A stretch of 52,616 bases of DNA, from the IMG/VR virus record IMGVR_UViG_3300024981_000016; one strand, 5' to 3'. Made by a program: the position numbers and the translations under genes. Below are positions 26,468 to 36,218 of the stretch, in pieces (positions within the stretch are counted from its first letter, which is position 1; each line of letters opens with the position of its first letter). The notes beneath the pieces were generated by a model. It did no database searches and was not told the origin of the DNA. It worked only from the letters and a program-made list of their open reading frames with translations. The stretch comes from a virus.

Positions 26468-26835
26468 TGATCTCGGAGTTTTGTCGCGTTTGGCCTTGGC
26501 TGGAAAAGGCGGCCAAGCGCTACGGCGATACGCACACAAGGGAATCCGTCCTGCAACGGCTTCTGGACGGTCGCGCGCAACTCTGGACCGAGCGCAACGC
26601 CGCCCTGATCACGTCGATAGAGCGGTACGATACGGGCATGGTCGAGGTTCGCGGCTGGCTCGGGGCCGGAAAGCCCGGCCGGTCTCTCACTGATCTTCGC
26701 AAGATCGAAAAGCGCGTCGAGGCGTGGGCCAAATCCATCGGCGCCCAGCGTCTCACCATTCTCGGCCGGCGCGGCTGGCTTAGGGCATTGACCGGCTGGC
26801 GAGAGCTGGCCGTGCTGATCGTAAGGGATTTCTGA
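26467..26835 (+). CDS. Small internal virion protein (gp13-like position)
   Basis: 122 aa. ATG 26467 abuts the upstream stop. Confidence 0.5.
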   Translation: MISEFCRVWPWLEKAAKRYGDTHTRESVLQRLLDGRAQLWTERNAALITSIERYDTGMVEVRGWLGAGKPGRSLTDLRKIEKRVEAWAKSIGAQRLTILGRRGWLRALTGWRELAVLIVRDF

Positions 26836-26836
26836 C

Positions 26837-27766
26837 ATGGGCGGTGGCGACACTCAAACCACGACGCAGAACACCAATCAGACCGGCGGCACGAACTACG
26901 CTCCGTGGACGCAGGACATTCAAAAGTACCTTGCCGGGGTTGGACTCGGCTTGGGGCAGAATTTCCTCGGCAATGCGTCGGAATACGGTCTGGCTGGTCT
27001 GAACCCTGACCAGATGAAGGGCTATGACATGCTGCGTGGCTCGGCCTTGCAGTATGGGCAGAGCGACGGCGCGCCAACGGCCGACGACATCATGGGCCGC
27101 AGCAAGATGACGGCGGCCCAGCTCGGGAGCGATGACTACCGGCAGTTCATGAATCCGTTCGTGCAGTCGGTCATCGACCCTGCGCTGGCTAATATGCGAA
27201 GGGAACGCGATAAGTCGGCTGCGGAGATCGGTGCGAGGTCGGCGGCGGCCGGTTCGTTCGGCGGCTCGCGCGAGGCCATCCAGCGCGGCCAGCTTGATCG
27301 CAGCCTGGCTGAGACGACCGCCCAGATGGTGCCGTCCCTGCTGTCCTCGGCCTATGATCGGGCGACAGGCCTTGCCTCGCAGAATACGGACCGCCAGCAG
27401 CAGGCGAATGCGACGAACGCCGGCAATGCTCTTTCGGCCTTCGGGATGCAGAGCAATCTCGCTTCGGCCGATCTCAGCCGGCAGCTTTCCGCGATCAATG
27501 CGCTGCTTGGCGCCGGGCAGTCTCAGCAGGACTTTTCGCAGAAGAGCATCGATCTTCCGTGGACGACCTTGGGTCGGCTCGCCAGCCTCATTCCGGGCGT
27601 CTACGACTCGAATTCGTGGGGCAAGAGCTCGTCCACATCGACGCAGCCCGACAATTCGACCGGCACGGGGCAGGGGCTTCTTGGCCTTGGGACGACCTTG
27701 CTTGGCGCCGGGACCGGTGGTGGCGGAACCATTGCCGGCTCCATCTTCAGCAAGCTTTTCGGTTGA
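26837..27766 (+). CDS. Internal virion/ejection protein
   Basis: Q/S/G/A-rich composition, Gly-rich hydrophobic C-terminus, position. Confidence 0.55.
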   Translation: MGGGDTQTTTQNTNQTGGTNYAPWTQDIQKYLAGVGLGLGQNFLGNASEYGLAGLNPDQMKGYDMLRGSALQYGQSDGAPTADDIMGRSKMTAAQLGSDDYRQFMNPFVQSVIDPALANMRRERDKSAAEIGARSAAAGSFGGSREAIQRGQLDRSLAETTAQMVPSLLSSAYDRATGLASQNTDRQQQANATNAGNALSAFGMQSNLASADLSRQLSAINALLGAGQSQQDFSQKSIDLPWTTLGRLASLIPGVYDSNSWGKSSSTSTQPDNSTGTGQGLLGLGTTLLGAGTGGGGTIAGSIFSKLFG

Positions 27767-27774
27767 GGTGAACC

Positions 27775-29652
27775 ATGGCAGGCGGTCTTGGCGGCCTCGG
27801 CGGCTATCTGGATTCCCCGGCAGGCGGGAACATGCTCCAGGCAATCGGCATGTCTCTCATGTCGAGCCCGCGCAATGCGCCGTTGCAGAATTTCGGCCAG
27901 TTCTACGGCGGCTTGCAGGCGCAGCAGATGCGGATGGACGAGCGGGATCAGGAGAGGGCGGCGATTGCGGCTGTCCTCAAGCAGTTCGGCGCGCCAGATG
28001 ATCAGGCTGCAATGCTTTCGGCCAACCCTGACGCGGCAAAGCTCTGGATTGAGCAGCGGCAACGGGAGGCTCAGAAGGCGGCGAACGAGAGCTTCAACTC
28101 CAACCTGCTCGGCGCGCTTGGCAGCGGAGGTGGAGCATCCGGCGGTCTCGGAGACCTTGGCGGCATCCCCGGCGCCGCCGGCCCGGGCGCAGACAGCGGC
28201 TCCGGCTATCCGGCCGTTGACGCACTGGAAAATCCGCCAATTGGCGGAATTACCGCGCCGACGCAGACGCAGTTCGGCCTTCGCGGTGCGGCAATGGGTG
28301 ATCTCTACCACCTGAATACCGGTCAGACACCGCCGGACACGGACAATCTGGAGCCTGTGACCAACCTGCCTGAAGTCGTGGTGCAGTCCACGCAGACCGG
28401 CGATGGCTCCTACGAAGGCAACAAGACGCTGGACTGGCTGAAAGCCAACGATCCAGAGGCAGCCGCGCTCGTTACCGCTGATAGCGGTATCTCGCCGCGT
28501 GACGCCTTTGAAATCGCGAATATTCGCCGCCAGGGGCAGGCCAGTGGTGCGGCATCTCCGCAGCAGGACGCCCCGCCGGCCCAGCCGGCGCAGGCGAGCC
28601 CGCCCTCGAAGCTGCAAAACCTCTTGGCGCAGCGTGAGCAGCTGTACCGTCTCGGCATGACCACGGATGGCGCCGACAATCGCCGCAAGTTGGATTCGGC
28701 CATAAGATACAAAGAAGACCAGATCGCCGAAGAGCAGAACGCTCTTCTGCGCAATCAGACCTTCAAGGCCATCCATGAGGAAGATCCAGAACTGGCCCAA
28801 AATGTTTGGGACGGCCTTGTTCCTGTCAAGGATGCCTACAAGCAGCTTCTGGAAAATCGCAAACTCCGTTTTGAGCAGGACAATGCCGATCGCACCAGCG
28901 GGACGAAGGAATACGACGCCTACGCCCGCGATGAGGTCGCGGCCGGGCGCCAGCCTCTCGGAAGGCTCCAGTACGAGCAGGCGGTGCGCAGTTCTGGCGC
29001 GACCAACGTCAACGTAGGAGCCGGCGAAAAGGCGTGGGATCAGGAGAGCGCAAAGCTGTTCGCCAAGCGCTACGACGATATCACGTCCGCAGCCGGCAAT
29101 GCTCAACAGATGATGGGCATGTACGATCTCGCTGAACAGGCATTGAACAGCGGCGTCCGTACTGGCCTTGGAGCCGATGCCGAACTGACGCTGCGCCAGC
29201 TTGGCTCTGCGATGGGCATGGATACCGATCCGCAGAAGCTGGCCGGTGGCGAGCTTATCCGTGCGGTGCAAAACAGGATGGCGCTTACTATGCGCTCGCC
29301 GGACGGTGGGATGGGCATGCCTGGCGCCCTCTCCGACAGGGATATCAAGTTCCTCAAGGATTCTCAGGTCGGCATCGATCGGTCCCCCGAGGGCAATCGG
29401 CGCATGCTCGAAGCGTTCCGGGCGATGGAGCGCCGGAAGATTGAAATCGCTCAACTGGCCGATCAATACGTCCAGCAGAACGGCCGGCTCGATGCAGGGT
29501 TCAATCAAGCCATCCGGCAGTGGGCGGAAGCCAATCCGCTGTTCACAGGAGAGCCTTCAGTGGGCGGTCTCCAGCCGGGGGCTGTAGAAGACGGCTACCG
29601 GTTCAAAGGGGGCGATCCAAGCGACCCGAATAGTTGGGAACCTGTCCAATGA
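27775..29652 (+). CDS. Internal virion/ejection protein
   Basis: 625 aa. N-terminal GGLGGLGG motif, Q/A-rich helical composition, position. Confidence 0.55.
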   Translation: MAGGLGGLGGYLDSPAGGNMLQAIGMSLMSSPRNAPLQNFGQFYGGLQAQQMRMDERDQERAAIAAVLKQFGAPDDQAAMLSANPDAAKLWIEQRQREAQKAANESFNSNLLGALGSGGGASGGLGDLGGIPGAAGPGADSGSGYPAVDALENPPIGGITAPTQTQFGLRGAAMGDLYHLNTGQTPPDTDNLEPVTNLPEVVVQSTQTGDGSYEGNKTLDWLKANDPEAAALVTADSGISPRDAFEIANIRRQGQASGAASPQQDAPPAQPAQASPPSKLQNLLAQREQLYRLGMTTDGADNRRKLDSAIRYKEDQIAEEQNALLRNQTFKAIHEEDPELAQNVWDGLVPVKDAYKQLLENRKLRFEQDNADRTSGTKEYDAYARDEVAAGRQPLGRLQYEQAVRSSGATNVNVGAGEKAWDQESAKLFAKRYDDITSAAGNAQQMMGMYDLAEQALNSGVRTGLGADAELTLRQLGSAMGMDTDPQKLAGGELIRAVQNRMALTMRSPDGGMGMPGALSDRDIKFLKDSQVGIDRSPEGNRRMLEAFRAMERRKIEIAQLADQYVQQNGRLDAGFNQAIRQWAEANPLFTGEPSVGGLQPGAVEDGYRFKGGDPSDPNSWEPVQ

Positions 29653-31301
29653 CGCAATCCGGTCCTTGGGAAAAATATCAGCGTCAGCAGCCCGCAAGCG
29701 GTCCGTGGTCAAAGTACCAGAAGGCGCGGCAGGAGGATGATGGAGCGGTCGCGCAACCCAGCACGGCTGTTGATATCTTGAAATCCGGTCTTTCCGGTGT
29801 TCGCCAAGGTATCGAGGCCGGTATTGGGGCCTTTGGTGACGTGGGTGAGGCTCAACGCGGCATAACCGAGTGGGCGGCGCAGAAGATGGGGGCTTCTCCA
29901 GAAGCTGCGCGCAGCTACGGCCAAGTCGCTCGGCGTCTCACCGGCATGCCTTGGGCTCTGCCTACGTCGGAGATTCGTGGCGTAACGGAACCAGTTCTAG
30001 GGAAGCCCTACGAGCCCGAGACGACAGCGGGAAAGTATGCGCGGACGGTGGGGGAATTTGTGCCCGCCGCCGCGCTACCGAGCGGGAAGGCGGGGATTGC
30101 GGAGCGGCTAGTCACTCAGGCCCTTCTTCCCGGCCTTGGAAGCGAGGCGGCAGGGCAGTTGACGGAAGGATCGTCCTTGGAGCCATTCGCGCGGATCGCG
30201 GGGGCTATTGCCGGCGGCTCGGTGCCGATGCTCGCGCGCAAGGTAATCACTCCGTTCCCGTCATCGGTGGATCGCACTGCTGCGGCTGATTTTCTGGCGC
30301 AGGAGGGCGTGCCGCTCACCGCCGGCCAGCGCACCGGAAGTAGGGGACTGCGCTACGCCGAGAGCGAACTTGGAGGCATAAAGGCCTCCGATCTGATGGA
30401 AAGGCAGGGTGAGGCGTTTACAGATGCCGCCATGCGCAAGGCCGGGGGCTCGGGATTGGCGACCCCTGACAATCTGGCGGCGCTCAAGGGCGGTTTGGGG
30501 AAGCAGTTCGAGGATATCGCCGGGCGCAACACGGTTTTTGCCGATCAGCAGCTCGGGCGAGACATTGGAACCACGCTCAACCGTTACGACAAACTTCTGG
30601 AGGCACAGCAAAAGCCGATCATCGCGGAACTCGCTGATGATATGATCTCCCGCTTCACGGCGAACAACGGCAAACTGTCTGGAGCCGAGTATCAGACGAT
30701 CCGAAGCGATCTTACGCAGGCGGCAAGTTCGACAAACAATCGCACCTTGGGCGCCGCCCTCCGAGGGCTGCGGGACGCGCTCGACAATGCCATGGATCGC
30801 TCCATCAATCCGCAGGACGCGGGGAAATGGGCCGCCTTGCGGCGCCAGTATGGAAACTACAAGGTCTTGAACAAGGCATCGGTCGGCGCCGGGGAAGAGG
30901 CCGGGCGAGGGGTGATCTCTCCTGCGCGTCTGCGCTCGGCCGCTGCGGCGGGGAACCAGGATGGGTTCGCGACCGGCGTCAGTGATTTTACGAAGCTGGC
31001 GAAGGCAGGGCAGACGGTCATGTCGCCACTGCCGAACTCTGGGACAGCGGCCAGAACAGCCGTGCGAAACCTCGGAAGCCCGTTGCTGGCCGGCGGCGGC
31101 GCATTGGCGGGCGGTGTTCCGGGGCTGCTCGCCGGCCTCTTGGCGCCGGCCGTAGCCGGGAAGGCTCTCATGTCCTCTCCCGTACAGAGCTACCTCAGCA
31201 ACCAACTGCTAGGGCCCGGCGGCAGCGACACGCTCAAGAGGTTGGCTCTGCAAGCCCTGATGGGTTCTGATCTTGCCCGTCAGAAGCTCATTGGCCCTTG
31301 A
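29649..31301 (+). CDS. Internal virion/ejection protein
   Basis: ATGA overlap at 29649. Ala/Gly-rich 550-aa product. Confidence 0.55.
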   Translation: MTQSGPWEKYQRQQPASGPWSKYQKARQEDDGAVAQPSTAVDILKSGLSGVRQGIEAGIGAFGDVGEAQRGITEWAAQKMGASPEAARSYGQVARRLTGMPWALPTSEIRGVTEPVLGKPYEPETTAGKYARTVGEFVPAAALPSGKAGIAERLVTQALLPGLGSEAAGQLTEGSSLEPFARIAGAIAGGSVPMLARKVITPFPSSVDRTAAADFLAQEGVPLTAGQRTGSRGLRYAESELGGIKASDLMERQGEAFTDAAMRKAGGSGLATPDNLAALKGGLGKQFEDIAGRNTVFADQQLGRDIGTTLNRYDKLLEAQQKPIIAELADDMISRFTANNGKLSGAEYQTIRSDLTQAASSTNNRTLGAALRGLRDALDNAMDRSINPQDAGKWAALRRQYGNYKVLNKASVGAGEEAGRGVISPARLRSAAAAGNQDGFATGVSDFTKLAKAGQTVMSPLPNSGTAARTAVRNLGSPLLAGGGALAGGVPGLLAGLLAPAVAGKALMSSPVQSYLSNQLLGPGGSDTLKRLALQALMGSDLARQKLIGP

Positions 31302-31623
31302 GCCACATGAGGAACTGCCCGCCGAGGATGATGAGCACGATAAACCCGGCAACGGCCAGAACAATCGCCCGTCCCACGACAAAGGCAGCACGCTTTTCGG
31401 GCAGGACGGCTCGAATGCCATATCGTTTGGCATCTAGGGCCTTTGCGATCAGCCACGTTACCGCGAGGGCGAGGAAGCCGGCGTTGATCGCAGCCATGTA
31501 GCCGTTGCTGATCCAGCCGCCATAAGCGTTGGCGGTGAGGACGACCAAAGCGATCGCGATCTGGAGAAAATGCCACAGGCCGCCAAACCTACGGGACGTG
31601 ACGGCAGTCTCGTCAATCTGCAT
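31288..31623 (-). CDS. Integral membrane protein (3-4 predicted TM segments) encoded antisense to the late operon
   Basis: FLQIAIALVVLTANAYGGW, AAINAGFLALAVTWLIA and VVGRAIVLAVAGFIVLIILGG are hydrophobic segments. It is the only minus-strand ORF in the virion module with protein-like composition. Confidence 0.65.
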   Translation of the reverse strand: MQIDETAVTSRRFGGLWHFLQIAIALVVLTANAYGGWISNGYMAAINAGFLALAVTWLIAKALDAKRYGIRAVLPEKRAAFVVGRAIVLAVAGFIVLIILGGQFLMWLKGQ

Positions 31624-31668
31624 AAGCGAGAGATAGCACTTCCTCGCCGTAAATTCCAGAATTGCAGA

Positions 31669-31694
31669 CGATCACGCCATCTCCAGCGTGATCG
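31669..31694. promoter_or_regulatory. Perfect 9-bp inverted repeat CGATCACGC-N8-GCGTGATCG upstream of the antisense membrane gene
   Basis: Read directly. Lies in the 97-nt gap between 31623 and 31721. Confidence 0.45.
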
Positions 31695-31720
31695 CTGCCG
31701 GCCTATCTCATGGAGCCTCC

Positions 31721-33919
31721 ATGGCAAAAATCGCACGAGATGCGGTCGGCGTCCTGCTTGGGGAGGCCGGCGGCCGAACCATCAGCCAGCGCTACAACGA
31801 CATGGTCCACATCGCGAGCGTGATGGCGAACCGCGCGGCGCTGACCGGTCAGTCGCTTCAGAGCGTGATCTCAGCGCGGAACCAGTTCAGCGCCTACGGG
31901 AAGCGGCTTCCTCCTGGCACAGAACGACTGCGCGCTCTCGCGGAGATGGCTCTCAATCAGGTCATGACCAAAGGGCCTGTGACGAGCGCGACCTACTACG
32001 CGACGCCGGCATCGGTCGACAATCTCCCGAGCAATCTGGAAACGGCTGCACAGACGGCCGCCCACGTCTACAAGGACGACCCGGAGAACCGGGCCATCGC
32101 GACGGCGGCGGGATACATCGCGCCATCGCCGACCAATGCCGTCGCCGCCTCGCCGGCAATGTCCTCATACGCATCTGCCGACGACGGCGCTTCCTCGAAG
32201 CGCGGGCTTGGCATGGCGGCGCTGGCACCGAACGGTTTGAGGGCTGGGTTGATAAACAACCTATCGCCTGGGAAATTTCGGCCGAATATGCCCAGTTCCG
32301 TGATCACGGATGCGATCAGAGATAGTGTCGCGAAAACGTTTGGCCCCGACTACTCAGTCGCTGTTCAGTCGGGCATGGAGAACCCTGGGCGGCAGCACGG
32401 CTCCACGAGACACAAGACAGGGCTGGCGGCGGATATCCATGTTGTCGATCCGCAAGGAAGGATAGTGACCAATCCGAACCGCATGATGGATATGGTCAGC
32501 CGCTTTGCATACGACAATCGGCAAGAAGTCTCTGGCGTGCAGCCTGGTATCGGGTTCGGGCCGGGATACATGGCGGCCGGCGAGGCGCATCTTGACCTTA
32601 CCGGACAAGGCAAGAGCTGGGGCAAGGGCAAGACCATCCGAGGCATGAATCCCGTCTTGGCGCAGACTATCGAGGCAGCCAGACAGGGCTTCCAGCCGAC
32701 GCCATTCAGCAACCCGCCGACACCATCGGAAGCCGGGACGGCGCCTGCGATCAATCCGAACGCGCCGACCCTTACGGCATCCCTATCGGATAAGATCGGG
32801 AAGATTGAGGCGGGCACAGGCGTCCCCGCTCAGAGCGTCCAGACCAGTTCGTTCAGCCCGCCTGCCGGCCAGACCCCGAGCGCGCCGGATACGGATAGCG
32901 TGGGCTTCTTCGGCGGCACGGCCGGCCAGTTCGCTGGCATCCCGGCTCAATCGGTCAAGACGACATCGGTGGCGCCGGATATCGACAACGCGCCCGACTA
33001 TAGCAGGATGTCCTATACCTCTCCGCAGGACGCCCCCGCTGCCCGGGCTATCGCTGCGATGGCACAGGATACCGACAATGGGTCGATCTCGGAGGTGGCG
33101 AACAATCCGATTGGCAAGCCTGCTCCGGCTTACAGCACGACGAACTTGCCGGGATATGGCTATGAACCGCCAGCAGTGACGCAAGCGCCCGCGCCGGTAT
33201 CCATTGCCCAGCCCGAGCCGGTCGAGATGGCCCCGCCGACCTATGTGGCCCCGGCACCGGTCTATGCGCCCCAACCGGTTGCCGCGCCGGCCTATTCGCC
33301 GCCGGCGCCGTCTGTTCCGACTGGTTCTCAGGCGTCCTACGATTTCCACAACGGCCTGACCGACATGGCCGTTGCCACGAATGGCAACACGCTATCCCGA
33401 GACAGCCTCGGCTTCAGCTACAACTATTCGCCGGCATTCAACACAACGACGATTTCCGACCCTTCTGGCCGGACGGTCGGCGTGAGAAAGGGCTTCGTTT
33501 CGGGTGATAGCGCGGACGATGGGGGCTCGTCTGGCGGCGGCCTGTTCGGCGGCATTGGCAAGGCATTCAGCGGCATAGGCGACGCGATCGGCTCGGCTTT
33601 TTCGGGAGACAATGTCAGCGATACGGTCATGGGCGGCCTCGGGGGACTTGGCGGCTCAGTGGTCGGCGGCATGATCGGCGGTCCTATCGGCGGTCTTATT
33701 GGTTCGGCGCTCGGACAGAACTTCGCGGTCAACCACAACCCGTTTGCAGGACCTACGGTCGCCACCTTCGCCGGCCCGATGCACATGGCGCGTGCTGTCG
33801 GCGGTCTCGGGTTTCCGTCCGCGCCAAGCCTGTCCGGCGTCTCCAAGGGCGGTGGCGGGCGCAGCATATCAGCCGCTGCCCGCGCGTCCGTGAACGCCGG
33901 GAAGGGCGGTCTTTATTGA
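31721..33919 (+). CDS. Virion-associated peptidoglycan hydrolase/ejection protein (SleB-like hydrolase domain plus M15-like peptidase motif)
   Basis: VLLGEAGG...VMANRAALTGQSLQSVISARNQFSAY is SleB/CwlJ-like. GSTRHKTGLAADIHV fits the S-x-H-x-x-G-x-A-x-D M15-type motif. Gly-zipper-rich C-terminus. GGAG upstream of ATG 31721. Confidence 0.7.
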   Translation: MAKIARDAVGVLLGEAGGRTISQRYNDMVHIASVMANRAALTGQSLQSVISARNQFSAYGKRLPPGTERLRALAEMALNQVMTKGPVTSATYYATPASVDNLPSNLETAAQTAAHVYKDDPENRAIATAAGYIAPSPTNAVAASPAMSSYASADDGASSKRGLGMAALAPNGLRAGLINNLSPGKFRPNMPSSVITDAIRDSVAKTFGPDYSVAVQSGMENPGRQHGSTRHKTGLAADIHVVDPQGRIVTNPNRMMDMVSRFAYDNRQEVSGVQPGIGFGPGYMAAGEAHLDLTGQGKSWGKGKTIRGMNPVLAQTIEAARQGFQPTPFSNPPTPSEAGTAPAINPNAPTLTASLSDKIGKIEAGTGVPAQSVQTSSFSPPAGQTPSAPDTDSVGFFGGTAGQFAGIPAQSVKTTSVAPDIDNAPDYSRMSYTSPQDAPAARAIAAMAQDTDNGSISEVANNPIGKPAPAYSTTNLPGYGYEPPAVTQAPAPVSIAQPEPVEMAPPTYVAPAPVYAPQPVAAPAYSPPAPSVPTGSQASYDFHNGLTDMAVATNGNTLSRDSLGFSYNYSPAFNTTTISDPSGRTVGVRKGFVSGDSADDGGSSGGGLFGGIGKAFSGIGDAIGSAFSGDNVSDTVMGGLGGLGGSVVGGMIGGPIGGLIGSALGQNFAVNHNPFAGPTVATFAGPMHMARAVGGLGFPSAPSLSGVSKGGGGRSISAAARASVNAGKGGLY

Positions 33920-33942
33920 ACCTATGAACATCGGGAGCGCGC

Positions 33943-34278
33943 ATGTCCGTGCCGACCTATGACCTTTGCCTAAGACAAGGGAACGACAAGTCTTTGGAAT
34001 TTCACCTGATTTCCGATGATGGGACGCCGTTCGACCTGACTGGCTCGACGCTGATCTTCACCGCTCAAAAGAGCGACGGGACGGAGATGGAGAAGACCAT
34101 TGTCCCGACCGATGTGGCCGGCGGCGTCTTCGTCTTGTCCTTCACCACCGCTGAGACCCGTGAGTTCACGCCAGGACGGTTCAATCAGTGGGAAATCGAA
34201 CGGCAGATTGGCGGATCGGAAGAGACGCTTATTGCCGGGTACATGAACGTACGGGAAGGGATGAACACCGATGTCTAA
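33943..34278 (+). CDS. Small tail-associated protein
   Basis: ORF track. All-beta-like 111-aa product immediately upstream of the tailspike. Confidence 0.5.
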   Translation: MSVPTYDLCLRQGNDKSLEFHLISDDGTPFDLTGSTLIFTAQKSDGTEMEKTIVPTDVAGGVFVLSFTTAETREFTPGRFNQWEIERQIGGSEETLIAGYMNVREGMNTDV

Positions 34279-36037
34279 CATTGAAATCATCGAGATCAGA
34301 ATTCCCGGCCCCATGCCGCCGATTGTCGACAATCCCGATCTTTCGGTGGAGCCGACGAAGTTGGCCCTGCGCGGCAACGTCGAGGCGAATTTCGTCGCGC
34401 GAACGCCGAAAAGGCGCTTCAAGACCATCCCCCTCATGCTGGCCGACACCGCGACCACATACGCGGTGGTCAGCGAGGGCGACGAATTTGAGGCTGGCGT
34501 CTTTTCATATCAGGTTGCCGCATCGGACGCCTCTGACCATCATGTCGAGACGGCCGGCGGCGTGAAGCTCTATGTGCTGCCGATCGACGGAGCTTACCAC
34601 CTCGAAGCTTTTGGATCTGTGGCGGGGGATTATTTGACCGATGCCCCCGAGGACATAGTTGACAGCACTATAGCCTTCCAGAAAGCCATTGATGTAACGC
34701 CGTCTGGCGGGTCTCTTGTGCTGCCCTCCGGCACGGTCTACGTGGGTAACCTCACGATTCCTTACGGCAAGATCAACACCACGATCACGGGTGAGGGGCA
34801 GTATTCTCCAACCTCCGCCATCCAGTTCTTAGACGGGGCCACGGATGGGTTCCGTCTTGAGCAAGAAGCTTACAATTTCAAAAATCTTATCTTCCGGGGT
34901 ATTGGAAACGTAGAAGCTGCCGCACTGTTCACGTCGGCAAGAGACGACGGCAGAGCTGATCAAGACTGGGCGTTCTTCAATTGCCTGTTTGCGAACACCC
35001 GACACATCGGAAAACTGAAAGGCAGAGGTCTGACGGTGGACAACTGCGTGCTTTCCTCCGCTCTCTATGATGATGCCTTCGTCCTGGACTTCCCAGCAGA
35101 AGAAGATTTTGTCCCTGGACCTGCCGGAAATTTAGGCTCTTGGGAGGGCGGTTTCCGTGGGTTCACGGTAAGAAATTCTCGCATTCATGGACTTTCGAAA
35201 TATCTTTTCAGGGTAAATTCCAACAACGCCGAGAATGCTCGCGGTTTCACTATTACGGGAAACCAGTGCGACAGCTACGCCAAGATCATCAAGGGTTACG
35301 CGAAGGAAGTCGAGTTTTCCGCCAACAATTGGTATATGGGGTGGAACGATATAAACGCATGTTTCTTTGATCTTGTGTCCGGTCACACAATTAATATCTC
35401 TGGAAATGTCATATCCAATTCCAACAATGGGAGGCAGGGCGGAGACAACCCGTTAATCAGGTTTATTTCCTCGTTTTATGGGCTGATCGTAGCAAATAAC
35501 ACGTTTGTTCGCCGCGATGTGCCGGTTCTCTCCGCTGAACTGCCTTCCGGTGCCGCTGTTACTGGTGTTACGATCGCCAACAACACATACTACGACTGCT
35601 TTATAGCGTCTCCATATCTAGCGAAGATCACTGGTGGGAGCAATGGGGTGCGATCTGTCAAGATTGACGAGGCGATCCACTCCGTACCAGCCAACTGGCA
35701 GGCAGTCTATGGCGATGGGTACTGGCTGGGGTGTAGTGTCAGGGTAATAATGCTTACCGGGGACGCCGTCCAGCACAATCTTTCGGGCGCCTCCTCCCGG
35801 GGGAATGACCCGCGTTCTGGCGCCTATCAAGGTGACGGGACTTCCTCGCGAGCAGTCTTTGTTGGCTATCCACCGAGCCGGGTGAGAGTCTACAAGAACG
35901 ACGGAACGCTTGTTGCGGCAAAAGTCGCGAATGGCATTTCCAGTCAGCCTACGATTATCGCGTTCACCACAACCGGTTTCACCGTCAACGGCGCGGCGAA
36001 CACGAACGCCGTTGTGTATTATTGGGAGGCCGGGTAG
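34271..36037 (+). CDS. Tailspike/depolymerase with pectate-lyase-like beta-helix
   Basis: HLEAFGSVAGDY...IAFQKAIDVTPSGGSLVLPSGTVYVGNLTIP resembles the start of a Pectate_lyase_3 domain. It is the last virion gene, and its 3' two-thirds is visibly more AT-rich than the rest of the genome. Confidence 0.7.
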   Translation: MSNIEIIEIRIPGPMPPIVDNPDLSVEPTKLALRGNVEANFVARTPKRRFKTIPLMLADTATTYAVVSEGDEFEAGVFSYQVAASDASDHHVETAGGVKLYVLPIDGAYHLEAFGSVAGDYLTDAPEDIVDSTIAFQKAIDVTPSGGSLVLPSGTVYVGNLTIPYGKINTTITGEGQYSPTSAIQFLDGATDGFRLEQEAYNFKNLIFRGIGNVEAAALFTSARDDGRADQDWAFFNCLFANTRHIGKLKGRGLTVDNCVLSSALYDDAFVLDFPAEEDFVPGPAGNLGSWEGGFRGFTVRNSRIHGLSKYLFRVNSNNAENARGFTITGNQCDSYAKIIKGYAKEVEFSANNWYMGWNDINACFFDLVSGHTINISGNVISNSNNGRQGGDNPLIRFISSFYGLIVANNTFVRRDVPVLSAELPSGAAVTGVTIANNTYYDCFIASPYLAKITGGSNGVRSVKIDEAIHSVPANWQAVYGDGYWLGCSVRVIMLTGDAVQHNLSGASSRGNDPRSGAYQGDGTSSRAVFVGYPPSRVRVYKNDGTLVAAKVANGISSQPTIIAFTTTGFTVNGAANTNAVVYYWEAG

Positions 36038-36058
36038 GTGCAGCGGGCAATGAACCGA

Positions 36059-36196
36059 TCATGCAATGTGGCTGTCCAATTGCGGCGGCTCCGGATTGAC
36101 GGAGTTTCCCCGTGCGACGGGGACGTTTCGCCAGTCGAAGAGATCATTGGTATCTTCGATCTTAGCGAGCCTCAATAAAATTGGGTGAGTAGGCAT
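36059..36196 (-). pseudogene. 45-codon remnant resembling the N-terminus of a GNAT acetyltransferase
   Basis: MPTHPILLRLAKIEDTNDLFDWRNVPVARGNS... matches the lr..a...D...lf.WRN.p pattern of GNAT N-termini. The frame stops after 45 codons. Confidence 0.35.
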
Positions 36197-36218
36197 AATA
36201 TTTCTCGCTTTCAGGAAA

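Noticed and set aside
27601-29508. 635-aa minus-strand ORF antisense to the ejection-protein gene
   Set aside because: Arg/His/Leu-rich shadow-ORF composition typical of GC-rich DNA. The plus-strand gene 27775-29652 is in the coupled late operon and has protein-like sequence.
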